From IMG/VR virus record IMGVR_UViG_3300036766_000988, positions 124,001 through 188,000 of that record: a stretch of 64,000 nucleotides of DNA. One strand, given 5' to 3'. Shown in pieces: positions 28,801 through 37,893 of this stretch (position 1 is its first letter; the number at the start of each line of letters is the position of its first letter). Under the pieces are notes generated by a model that was not told where the DNA came from, searched no databases, and saw nothing but the letters and a program-made list of their open reading frames with translations. Position numbers and translations under genes: made by a program.

Positions 28801-29407
28801 CGCGTCCCAGATGCCCATTCTGGGCCCTACACCGAAGGGGAGAAGTACCTGGAAGCCCGGAGCTGCTTGGCGGCTTCCTCGACCGTGTACCGCACCATGA
28901 GGGTCTGCTCCCGCCTGGCTTGCCGCTTCCGCTCCTGTCGATTCAGCTCAAGCTTCACGAGACGCTGAGTCCAATACCCGATCCGGGCAAGATAGCGATC
29001 CCCCAGCCACCGACGATTCGCCCGAGCTGCTTCTTGGCTCAGCCGCTGCTGCTTTCGCTCTCGTCGGGTCTGCTTCACGTCTTGTCTTCCTGAGCGTCCC
29101 CTGGCAGGTCTTCGAGCGGCGTGCGGGTCCCGTCCTCGGCTTCGTACTCGGGCCTGGTGAGCTTCGAGCCCGGCCCAAAACACTTGCTCACGTCGGGATG
29201 ATGCACGATGCGGGTCAGCGGCTTCGCCGTCCTATCGTGATCGACCCGAGCGTACCCCGCCTTCTTCTCGGCCTCGTACTCGGACAACAGCTTCAGGGGG
29301 ACGCCCGGCCAATCACGGCGAAAGCATTCCTCACATCGGGCGCTCTCCCCCATGTGCGAATAGCCCCCGTTCGGCAGCTCCGTCCCGCAGTCTGCACAGT
29401 CTTCCAT
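25821..29407 (-). other. run of small hypothetical genes (25821..26033, 26037..26498, 26525..26926, 26956..27153, 27183..27383, 27383..27568, 27757..28200, 28208..28675, 29075..29407)
   Basis: Contiguous minus-strand ORFs, most preceded by class A or B motifs; no function recognised. Confidence 0.6.
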
Positions 29408-29429
29408 ACGGTACCCCTCCAGTACACCG

Positions 29430-29448
29430 ACTTTCGTTGCACGAAAGT
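29430..29448. promoter_or_regulatory. palindromic operator ACTTTCGT-TGC-ACGAAAGT
   Basis: Perfect 8 bp inverted repeat upstream of an RHH gene; related site at 31141..31169. Confidence 0.6.
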
Positions 29449-29471
29449 AACATCCGTTGTACGAATGTAAC

Positions 29472-29777
29472 GTGGCCCTGGGACGACCTCGCCGAAACCC
29501 CTCCCAAGCAGCTACCGAGTTCGTTGCTTTCCGGCTGACCAAGGACGAGCTGCGGGCCCTCGATGGCTTCGTGGAGCTGAAGAACCAGGAGCTTGCCGCT
29601 TTGGGTAGCTCGATGACCCGAGCTTCGTTCCTGCGAGCCCTGGTGACCCGCAACATCCAGCCCCAGCCGAAGCCAGCCAAACGAAAGCCCGCCCCCGCCC
29701 CAGAGCCGGAGCCCGAGCCCGAAGAAGAAGCTCCCGAACCCGACACCAGCGACATCTTCGAGAACTCACCGCTCTAA
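29472..29777 (+). CDS. ribbon-helix-helix DNA-binding regulator
   Basis: FVAFRLTKDELRALD...MTRASFLRALV; lone plus-strand gene in a minus-strand block; GTG start inferred. Confidence 0.6.
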   Translation: MALGRPRRNPSQAATEFVAFRLTKDELRALDGFVELKNQELAALGSSMTRASFLRALVTRNIQPQPKPAKRKPAPAPEPEPEPEEEAPEPDTSDIFENSPL

Positions 29778-30375
29778 ATGGCTTCGACCCCGGCCTGCTC
29801 TCCTCACCGAGGATAGAAGCAGGACAGGGTCGAGGAAGAGCGGAAAGAAACTGGCCCCTCAGAGCTACTACGCAGGGGCCCGCGGGAGTTCAACCGCTAG
29901 CGAGCAACCCACATGTGTGCGTCGCGATCGTAGGTGGCGAGCCCGTGAAGGACCCGAACCACACGGCGTTCCGACGCCTGGAAGCGCTCGGCGGCAGCCC
30001 AGAGGACGCGAGCCCTGGGGGCAGCGGCGGTGAAGTTGGCCGCACAAAGACGACGTGCCGCCAGGTCACGACGAAGAGCCGAGTGGAGCAGCATGTTCCG
30101 ACGGGCGTTGAGAGTCTTGATCGTGGACATGAAAGGGTCTCCTGGGCCTACTACGCCTCTCATTCAACAAGGTCAGCCCCAAAAAACCTGGGCCGAAACC
30201 CCGACAAGACTACCCGACGAAGTTCGGGTCAATCCCATCGAAGCCTCGGCCCGCTCCCAAGGGAGCCGCCTCGGCAGCACAACCGGCCTCCCAATGAATG
30301 AAAGAGGCAGTTGCGAGGGGCTAGCTGTTCGCCCCTTACCGGAAAAGGTAGCCGGGTCCGCCAGAATCTTGAGCC

Positions 30376-30693
30376 TTAGTAGGCGCCGAGCTTGTCCCAC
30401 CAGACGCGGGGCTGCTTGCGGGACTTGCGGGGAGCGCGGATGGCCACCGGGGGCGGCGAGGTGCCCTGAACCGCCAGCACCTTGCCGGACAGCACGGTCT
30501 GCTGACGGAACGCTTCGAGGTGCTTGCACGAGCGGTTCATCGGATGGTTCTTCTGGAACCGCCAGCTTGGACACGTGCAGTAGATGTTGCCGTCCTTGCC
30601 CAGACGAACCTCGTGAACGTGCAGCGGGTTCGACTTCGAGGCGAAGGTGGCGAGGAGCGTGGGGCGAAAGACTGGAGTCGTCGTCTTGTCCAT
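30376..30693 (-). CDS. SWIM zinc-finger protein
   Basis: HEVRLGKDGNIYCTCPSW...CKHL; class A promoter. Confidence 0.75.
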   Translation of the reverse strand: MDKTTTPVFRPTLLATFASKSNPLHVHEVRLGKDGNIYCTCPSWRFQKNHPMNRSCKHLEAFRQQTVLSGKVLAVQGTSPPPVAIRAPRKSRKQPRVWWDKLGAY

Positions 30694-30891
30694 ACACCTA
30701 CTAGGTCGCTTGACCCCCGCGTTCAGCAGAAAATCGTAACTTTCATCTTAGTCCGTGCGGTCACGGTGTACTGCGGGCCGCCCATGGCCCAAAAGGAAAA
30801 CGCCAGGAAGTACCCGACCACACCTGTGCCCGCAGGATGCGATCCGGTCTTCCTGGCGAAGTTGTTCGAGCCCAGGCCCGTGAGCAGGCGA

Positions 30892-31089
30892 TTACTCGAC
30901 CTCGCTCTGCATGTCCGCCAGAGCCGCCTTGAGGCGAGCCGGGACGTCCTTGCCCGCGGTGGACATGAGAAGGGCGGTCATGGTGATGCCCTCGATCTTG
31001 GCGAGCAGCCGCACCTGACGGGCGAGCTTCTCGGGAAGCGAGATCGAGAGGATGGTGACCTTGGAAGGGGAGCCGGTAGAGGTGTCCAT
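30892..31089 (-). CDS. ribbon-helix-helix (CopG-like) regulator
   Basis: ILSISLPEKLARQVRLLAKIEGITMTALL; class A promoter 6 nt before the ATG. Confidence 0.65.
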   Translation of the reverse strand: MDTSTGSPSKVTILSISLPEKLARQVRLLAKIEGITMTALLMSTAGKDVPARLKAALADMQSEVE

Positions 31090-31316
31090 GGCCCTACTAG
31101 GGCTCTGAACCCGAAGGTTCAGCCTCAAATCGACCCTGTTACTTTCGTGACATTACGTTGCACGAAAGTCGCTAAACTCCGGGCCCCGTTGGCACGGCGA
31201 TTTCCCAACGTTTTGGCACATGGGCCGAACCATTATGACGCACGGCCCATTCGGGCGCAGAGCCCTTAGCCCTCTAATTCCTGGGGGGTCCGGAGGCCGC
31301 ATAAGACTTTCGTCGG

Positions 31317-31955
31317 TCACTCCGAGGCAGCCCGTAGCTTCGCTCGCCGGGCGTAGATCTTCTGCCAACCGGGAGGCAGAGCTGCCCAAGCCTGACGCTC
31401 TTCGGATTCTGCCTGAGCCTGGGACTGCTTCTGAACCCGTAGTCGGTTTTGAGCGGCGACCAGCTTGGCCCTAGTCTCTTCCGAGACTACCCGTCCCATG
31501 CTGGCAGCTTCGCGTCGCTTTCGACCTTCTTCGGATAACCTGAACCTCTGTCGCGGTCTCGACAGCTTCGCTCGGGTTTCAGCGGACGGTCGGAGTCCCT
31601 GGTGAGCCTTCGACATCTTGGCTCGGGCTTCTGGGGTGAGCTTCCAACCGGCCATGGCCGACCATCCCCCTGGGCTCATGTTGAACCCGAGAGCAGGGTC
31701 AGTAGAGCCGAAGTGGGCAACCCACCACAGCTCGGCCTCGTTGGCTTCCTCCAACGTCTCGACCCTCTCTAGGACTTCGGCGGTGAAAGTCTCTGGACCG
31801 AACTCTCGGATCGCCTAGTGGAAGCGTCCTCGACTCCCTCGCTTGAGAGCATCCCCCTTATGCCGAGTCCACCGCTTCTTGGTTGTCTTGGAGGTCTGAC
31901 CAACGTAGCGACGCTGGCTAGCCTGGTGGACGTGGCAGTAGATCTCGAACGGCAT
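31317..31955 (-). pseudogene. GIY-YIG/NUMOD3 endonuclease interrupted by one in-frame TAG
   Basis: FEIYCHVH..RRYVGQT..RW..H..GRFH*AIREFGPETFTAEVLE...GFNM..GG; TAG at 31815..31817, same frame on both sides. Confidence 0.8.
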
Positions 31956-31975
31956 CCCCCGTTCTACACCGCTCC

Positions 31976-32305
31976 CTAGTAGCCGAAGTCGTACGCCACG
32001 ATCCGGCCTGCACGGGTCAGCCCTACTTGCTGGCAGTCGACGTAGTCCGCCCACCTGGGTTGCGCCTCGTCAGGAACGCTGGTGTCGACCCGCTCCATGA
32101 CGAGCCAGCCGTTCTTCAACAACCTGCACCTAGCGTACAGGACCCCGTTCTGGTCCGGCCCACGACCCCACCGCCTTGAGAGCCGGGCTTCGCGGCTGTT
32201 GTCCGCCAGGCCGTAGTCATTGAGCGGCACCTTGATGACCCACCGGCCGTCTGCGTAACAGGCTCGGCTGTAACCACTGCCCAACAAGGTTCCCCTGGGT
32301 TCCAT
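31976..32305 (-). CDS. minimal protein-kinase-like protein, paralog 1
   Basis: GSGYSR Gly loop, VIK, alphaC Glu, LVME hinge, terminal VAYDFGY. Confidence 0.55.
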   Translation of the reverse strand: MEPRGTLLGSGYSRACYADGRWVIKVPLNDYGLADNSREARLSRRWGRGPDQNGVLYARCRLLKNGWLVMERVDTSVPDEAQPRWADYVDCQQVGLTRAGRIVAYDFGY

Positions 32306-32340
32306 CCTGGGACTACTGCGCGAACTTGGGAAGTTCAACC

Positions 32341-32832
32341 TCATCCGTCTTCTCGGCGGATCGTGACCTGACCCTTTCGAATCACGACAGCTTCGAACCC
32401 GACCCCGTGGTCAAGGTACTCGTTGGCGGCGTCGATGCAGGCACAGCAGTAGGGCGCCAGGGCTTCGAAGCTCAGCGGGAAGTCCGCCTCCACCTGTGCC
32501 CCCTCGTGGAAGAACCGTTGGTCCTCTCGGACGAACGCCAACTGGGCACCCTCGATGGTATTATGGTACCGTTGGCTCCACAGAAGCTTCCTAGCTTCAT
32601 CTGCCTTCCAGCACTCGGGGCAAATCCAGTCCCAACACAGCCGTTGGTCGAACCGGGCCGGATCAGGTCTGAACAAGGTGGGCCGGTTGAACTGCCCACC
32701 AAACCTACCAGGGCAGTAGTGGCAATAGGGCGGCGGGTCGTCTTCGACATGATCGGAGCAACGGTAGTCTGGGCGAGGCCTGCCTGGGCTCTTGGGTTGT
32801 TCTCGCCACAAACTACGGAGCCACTCAAGCAT
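32341..32832 (-). CDS. Cys-rich hypothetical protein
   Basis: GGTGTA motif 10 nt before the ATG. Confidence 0.55.
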   Translation of the reverse strand: MLEWLRSLWREQPKSPGRPRPDYRCSDHVEDDPPPYCHYCPGRFGGQFNRPTLFRPDPARFDQRLCWDWICPECWKADEARKLLWSQRYHNTIEGAQLAFVREDQRFFHEGAQVEADFPLSFEALAPYCCACIDAANEYLDHGVGFEAVVIRKGQVTIRREDG

Positions 32833-32852
32833 CTAGTTCAGTACACCGCCCT

Positions 32853-33245
32853 TCACCCGAAGTCGTAGGCGACGATCCTGCCGTCTCGGGCTCTCCCTAC
32901 TTGAGCGCCTTCCACCGCCAAGGCCCACCAAGGAAGCTGCGACCTCTCCAGCATCCTCACCCGTTCCATCACGAGCCAGCCGCAAGGAAGCAACCGACAG
33001 CGGGCGTACCGGACTCCGTTGGAATCAGGGCGATCTCGGAACTCTCGTGACAGGTCAGCTTCCCTGCGGTTGTCTTGGAAGCCCAGCTCGTTCCCCAGTC
33101 CACGTTTGCTGTAGAGCCGACCCACAGGATCGCGTTCGATCCAAAAGTCGACGGAGGTCATCAACGGTACCTTGATGACCCAGGGGCCGTCCGCGTAGCA
33201 GGCTCGGGTGCAGCCTTGACCCAACAAGGTCCCGCGGGGTTCCAT
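32853..33245 (-). CDS. minimal protein-kinase-like protein, paralog 2
   Basis: MEPRGTLLGQGCTRACYADGPWVIKVP...LVMERV...IVAYDFG, clearly homologous to 31976..32305. Confidence 0.55.
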   Translation of the reverse strand: MEPRGTLLGQGCTRACYADGPWVIKVPLMTSVDFWIERDPVGRLYSKRGLGNELGFQDNRREADLSREFRDRPDSNGVRYARCRLLPCGWLVMERVRMLERSQLPWWALAVEGAQVGRARDGRIVAYDFG

Positions 33246-33622
33246 GACCAGCTATTGGCCTGGCCTTTGAGTCCAAGCGGCTTCCAGGACGGCGACGTCC
33301 AGCTCAAAATCCTTCGCTACCTGCCGGAGCAAATGTGGGTAGGCCTCATTCCAGGCCTCAAGCCCCTCGCGGACAACGATGCAGAAAGTCGCGCTAGCCA
33401 TATACTGGACCGCCCGTTGCCGGTGTTCTTCGACGAAGGCAGTTCCGTACAGGAGGACGTGACGCGACCACCAACGTGGCTGGGGACGTTTCAGGTCACA
33501 ACCGCTACACGTCCACTGGTGCTCGTCATGGAGACGCCCGATGCAGCGACAAGCCCAGCGGGTGTCGGCCCACATTCCTCGTCCACGGGTCATCTTTGCA
33601 CGAGCTTCGATGGACATGGGCT

Positions 33623-34102
33623 TCAGTTCAACAGGGTCGAATTGGGCTCCGGCTCACCCGGTTCTCCCAAGCAGGCCAGCATGCAGGCCACGATGGGGGT
33701 CATCCAAGGCCAGAGGTCCGGGATGTCGTCGATCGTATCGGGGTCGGGAAAGTGAACCAGGATCAGCGTGACCTCATGTCCTTCGAACGAGCCTTCGAAG
33801 GACAGCCGTCCTCTTTGCAGCAGAACGTAGGCACTTTCGAACAGCTCCTGGATCCCCGATACCTCGATGGTCTCGATGTCGACCAGATCGTAGTCACCGG
33901 GGTTCTCCTCAGTTGAGAACAGGGGCACCCAGCAAAAGATGGTCAGGCTTTCGTCCGGCGAGTCCCTACCCCAGGCCCAATCGCACGGCATCCCCAGGCA
34001 ATTCATCAGGGGTCCAATTTGGTTGACCAACCGGCCACACCACGGAGGGGCGTCCTTCGAGTTACCGAAGTAGCGGGGCTTCAGGATCGGGCTTTCCGAC
34101 AT
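33623..34102 (-). CDS. hypothetical acidic protein
   Basis: GGTGTA motif upstream; 159 aa. Confidence 0.55.
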   Translation of the reverse strand: MSESPILKPRYFGNSKDAPPWCGRLVNQIGPLMNCLGMPCDWAWGRDSPDESLTIFCWVPLFSTEENPGDYDLVDIETIEVSGIQELFESAYVLLQRGRLSFEGSFEGHEVTLILVHFPDPDTIDDIPDLWPWMTPIVACMLACLGEPGEPEPNSTLLN

Positions 34103-34129
34103 TGGGTTTGTCTTTACACCAACGGGGTC

Positions 34130-34429
34130 TCAGGCGTCGTCCTGGATCAACCGCTCCCAGCAGGTAGGGGCTCCCAAGTGGGCCAGGGTAGCTTCGGCCA
34201 ACTTCAGGACCCGGCGGGCCTCCTGGGGGCGTTCCAGGATGGCCAGTTCATCCGGGTAGGTGTAGATAGAATCTCGACCCTCAAGAGCTTCGATCAAGCG
34301 ACTGCATCGAAGTTCCGCCAACGCGACCCATTGTTGGCATTCCTCGACCCACAGACGGGCTAGCTCAAGTTGTTGAGCTGCCGTGGGGTCTTGCCCCAAT
34401 AGGCGGGTCAACAATTCATCCCGCTCCAT
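34130..34429 (-). CDS. hypothetical helical protein ending in TCWERLIQDDA
   Basis: 99 aa ORF in a packed run. Confidence 0.55.
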   Translation of the reverse strand: MERDELLTRLLGQDPTAAQQLELARLWVEECQQWVALAELRCSRLIEALEGRDSIYTYPDELAILERPQEARRVLKLAEATLAHLGAPTCWERLIQDDA

Positions 34430-34433
34430 TGCG

Positions 34434-34838
34434 CTACCGTTTGACCAGCCGAGGAAGAACCTTCGGGTGCTCCACTGCGTACTCTTGGGGCAAATCCAGG
34501 ATGAGGGTCTGTTGATCGAGCAGGATCTTCACATCGTAGGAGAGCCCGTGCCCGACATTCCTTCGAAGGACCAGTTCGATGTGTTGGGGATCCCCGTCTT
34601 CATCCTCGGGCAAGATGGTCACCTGAAAGGGCCACTCGATGTGGAACCCATCAGGGTCCACCCGCAGAGGGGTGTTCTGAGGCGTGATGTCGAAGAGGCG
34701 CCGGAAACCCTTGGTGTGCCGGAGCTTTTCCCCCTGAAACTCGACGGTACCTACCTTGAAGTCGAACCCAACCTGAAGCTTCGTGGGCTCGTAGTAGGTC
34801 ACGCTCAAGACCCTATCTTCGTTGAAAAAGATTCTCAT
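34434..34838 (-). CDS. hypothetical beta-rich protein
   Basis: 134 aa ORF in a packed run. Confidence 0.55.
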   Translation of the reverse strand: MRIFFNEDRVLSVTYYEPTKLQVGFDFKVGTVEFQGEKLRHTKGFRRLFDITPQNTPLRVDPDGFHIEWPFQVTILPEDEDGDPQHIELVLRRNVGHGLSYDVKILLDQQTLILDLPQEYAVEHPKVLPRLVKR

Positions 34839-34847
34839 GGGGGCTCG

Positions 34848-35612
34848 TCAGACGGCGATGAACAGTTGATCGAGGCTGCGGATCTTGCCCACGAAGGCTT
34901 CCCACGCTCTCACGTAGGCGTCGTGTTGGGCCTCCACTTCTCGGTAGAGCCGTGTGAAGTCCTCGGTCTTTGCCTGAAGCACGCTCTCCGCTGTCACGAG
35001 ATCTTGCGTTCCCTTCCCGACAGAGGTGGCGATTCTTGTCAGATGCGCCGTGAACCACGTGTGGGCCTCTTCTTTACGAGTCATTCCATACTGGTCGTCC
35101 GCATCACATTCGAGAGCGAGGGTGTGTCGCTGGAGACCGTCGTAGGGGCGACCTTCGAATGAACGATCCCATCCCGCTATCTTCATGGGGTCGCCGCTTC
35201 TTTGGTTCTTTTCCGGCCTGGCTCCATCGAGGAAGGCTCGCAGGATGGCGGCTTCCCCGAGTATGTGCATCGCATCCACGCGGTTCTTGAGGTACAGGTA
35301 ATGTTGACCGCCACACTCCCCGTAGTTGGCCTGATGGTTGAAGCACGTGCGCCGAAGCTCGTTCCCCTTCTGCCACACCAGATGCAGATGCCCGTTGCCC
35401 TCCATCCCGCATCCTTGCCAGAAGTAGTTGATGTGCCCCCAAGGCTCCCCCCGAGCCTTTCGTGCCTCGACGTCCCAGATGGGCTCGTTGATGAGCTGTC
35501 GGAAGACCGATTGGGTCATCTGCTTCCGGCCGATCTGCACGGCGTGGATGGTCACCGAGACGGTCCTGACCCCCGCATCCCCCACCTGAACCGCATCCTC
35601 GACGTTCGGCAT
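34848..35612 (-). CDS. hypothetical protein
   Basis: 254 aa; GGTGTA motif 10 nt before the ATG. Confidence 0.65.
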   Translation of the reverse strand: MPNVEDAVQVGDAGVRTVSVTIHAVQIGRKQMTQSVFRQLINEPIWDVEARKARGEPWGHINYFWQGCGMEGNGHLHLVWQKGNELRRTCFNHQANYGECGGQHYLYLKNRVDAMHILGEAAILRAFLDGARPEKNQRSGDPMKIAGWDRSFEGRPYDGLQRHTLALECDADDQYGMTRKEEAHTWFTAHLTRIATSVGKGTQDLVTAESVLQAKTEDFTRLYREVEAQHDAYVRAWEAFVGKIRSLDQLFIAV

Positions 35613-36205
35613 GCCGTACAGTACACCGGGTCCGGAGGCCGTATAAAGAAAACAGCCGCCAGGGCGCTACAGCAGACGTAGCCGCCGAAGGAACCCGGAT
35701 CGGGTGCTTTTACGGCGTGGCCAGAGCCCCAAGCAGGTCTCGGTCGGCTTTGCACCTAAACCCGCCTGACGCCGCTGGTTTCGGTGGAGCCGCCCGCTCT
35801 ACACCGAAACCCAAATGACGCGCCCTCGGACGGGGCCTGAGAGCCGATCTAGACCGGGCCAGCCTCCGACCACCTGGGCCAACGGCCTTGGATTTCGAGC
35901 TGGACGATCCGGCGTAAGTGCGCGAGAATAGGCGCATCATGTCGTACGTTTCCCTCTCTGCGGCCCCGGTCTTCTGTACGCCCTGCCCTCCCTGTCTCGA
36001 CACTTTTTCCGCCCAGCATGACTGGCGACGGAACGTGAGCCGCATCGATGCGGGAGGTTCTCCGGCTCGTGTCCTTGGCTGGACGGCTGCGCTCTTGGCC
36101 GTCGCGGTCGTGGGCAAGAAGCTCCTCGACGGCTGAACCGCCATGGCCCCCCACCGCCGAGGCGGTTGACCCTTGGTGCCGGGACCGCCGGTGTAAGGAT
36201 CAACC

Positions 36206-36571
36206 ATGAGCGACTCGATGTCGAAGAAGGTGGCTGATCGCTTCCTGAAGGAGGCGATGGCAAACATGCGCACGAGGCGAACCGGGATCGATGGGGTCGT
36301 CATCTGGGTCTCCCCCGGGGAGTTCAGCGGCGCGGATAGTCAGCACGGCCCCCGAATCAAGGTGATGCTCGGGGACAAGGTCACGACGGAAGGGCTGGAA
36401 GAGGCAGTCTCGGTGCGGCTCACGAACCCACCCAAGGTGCTTGGAACCCTGCCTGCCAAGGTGGAGAAGCAGGTCGTGAAGTTCATCAACCAGAACCGCA
36501 ATGTTTTGCTCGGTCACTGGAATGGTGAAACGGACACCGAGGAGATGCTGAAGCTCATCGTGAGCATCTAG
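36206..36571 (+). CDS. DUF4160-like phage protein
   Basis: ANMRTRRTG..VIWVS...HGPRIKV...VVKFINQNRNVLLGHWNG; GGTGTA motif upstream. Confidence 0.45.
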   Translation: MSDSMSKKVADRFLKEAMANMRTRRTGIDGVVIWVSPGEFSGADSQHGPRIKVMLGDKVTTEGLEEAVSVRLTNPPKVLGTLPAKVEKQVVKFINQNRNVLLGHWNGETDTEEMLKLIVSI

Positions 36572-36694
36572 ATCGGGGGCAGTGCTGCTCCGCTACTGGA
36601 AGAACGAGATCAGCACCGGCGAGATGCTGGACGCGCTGGCGGCGGGCACGGAGCCGCCCCTGGCTGGATTTGAGCCGTCAAGTCCGCCTGGCCG

Positions 36695-37722
36695 CTAAGG
36701 TGTCGGAACGGGCAGGATCGCGAGCGGGTTGAGCACCAGGCCGGGAGACTGGAACTTGGCGTTCGTTGCGAAGACGTTGCTTGCGTGTGAAAGAACCCCG
36801 GTTCCCTTCGCTGCGTACCCAGCCCCCAGGGGGACGTTGAAGAAGCAGTAGATCAGAAGTCCCGTAGGGAACGGTGGGATGCCCGCCTGGATGATGCCGC
36901 TGTTCCCCGCCGTCCCCTGGGTGATCAAGACGTTGTCGAACTGGTAGGCGCCGCCCGAGGCCACGTTCACGACATCCGGCCCTCTCGCAACCAAGTTCAC
37001 GTTGAAGAACTTAGCGAGTCCGGCGGCGCCGATCTTCAGGCCACGGGCAGCCGCAGCGGCGGAGAGATCGCACGTGACCGCCTGGAGGGTGCCGCTCTCG
37101 ATGTCGTACGCAGTTCCTCCCGCAGCGAGGTTGCCGATGCAGTCCTGCAAGAAGAGCGTCGATCCTGCGTTCCCGTTGATCAGCACGTTTGGTGCGGTGT
37201 TCTCGGCCTTGGTTACGACGCAGTTCCGAACGTAGAGCTGACCGACGTTGGCGCCGAGAAGTTCTACGCAGGGCTTCCCGGCTGGGGCCTGGAGGTAGAG
37301 TCCCTCAACGTGAACTTGGTGAAACAACCCCACGGCGGGCGTGAACGAGATCTTGCCGTTGACGAGGATGCTGTACTCGTCGTTTCCCCAGATGCCTTGG
37401 ATGTGGACGCCCGCCGTCAGGATGATGTCCTCGTTCCAGCCGCCAGCTTTCGGGCTGATGAGGACGACAGCGGAGTTGCCGGAGTCCGTGTGCCCATCGG
37501 CTATTGCTTTTGCCTGAGCTGCGCCAATCGTCGCGAACGGTCCACCTGGGTACACGGGGTAGACAGCACCGGATAACGGGGGGGGGGGCCGCGCCCCCCC
37601 CCCCCCCCCGATTCCGCATCGATCTCATCTTCGACAGCGCGTAGAGCAGCGTCGAGATCTTCTCGGAGATCAGCTTTCCGAAGAAACTTGAAGAGCCGTC
37701 GGCTTCGCTGTTGGTAGCTCAT
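36695..37722 (-). CDS. putative virion appendage / beta-helix fibre protein, split by a frameshift in a G/C homopolymer tract
   Basis: ORFs 37501..37722 and 36695..37555 join at the tract; Gly/Ala/Asn-rich beta-helix-like body (FATIGAAQAKA.. start typical of tailspike-like proteins). Confidence 0.55.
37578..37609. repeat. G11-CCGCG-C16 homopolymer tract
   Basis: Read directly from the sequence. Confidence 0.95.
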
Positions 37723-37893
37723 CAGTCAACGCGATCTTAAAAACAAAAACGGCCCGTGAAGGCTAGGGTACCTACGTTCGCGGCTGCACCCGGCGACGTC
37801 GCCAGTAGGCACGTTCCCAAGCCCAGAAGATGGTGAAGCCGCCCGCGAGCGAGACCATGGTGGCGATGGCCATCAAGATCACGGGCGCCTCAG

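Larger units (their letters stand above)
16564..32340 (-). promoter_or_regulatory. array of ~20 copies of the class A promoter motif (G/A)(C/T)TGAAC-N15/16-CGTAGTA (ECF-sigma-like)
   Basis: On the plus strand TACTAC(G/A)...GTTCA(G/A)C at 16570, 19501, 19882, 20193, 20899, 21252, 23146, 24180, 25313, 26932, 27159, 27733, 28206, 28681, 29866, 30149, 30699, 31095, and at 11904. Confidence 0.85.

Noticed and set aside
31815-31817. Genome-wide TAG reassignment (genetic code 15)
   Set aside because: Long core genes are not fragmented, and dnaB, polA and the RHH gene end at TAG directly before the next gene or promoter
16564-32340. CRISPR array or attC-type integron cassette interpretation of the repeated motif
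   Set aside because: The repeats are two short boxes with a variable spacer, not 25-45 bp identical repeats or palindromic attC sites, and they sit at a fixed distance from start codons
35640-35800. GGTGCAAAGCC and a GAAA loop on the minus strand, reminiscent of c-di-GMP-I or SAM-I riboswitch fragments
   Set aside because: Spacing and the other conserved elements of either riboswitch are missing
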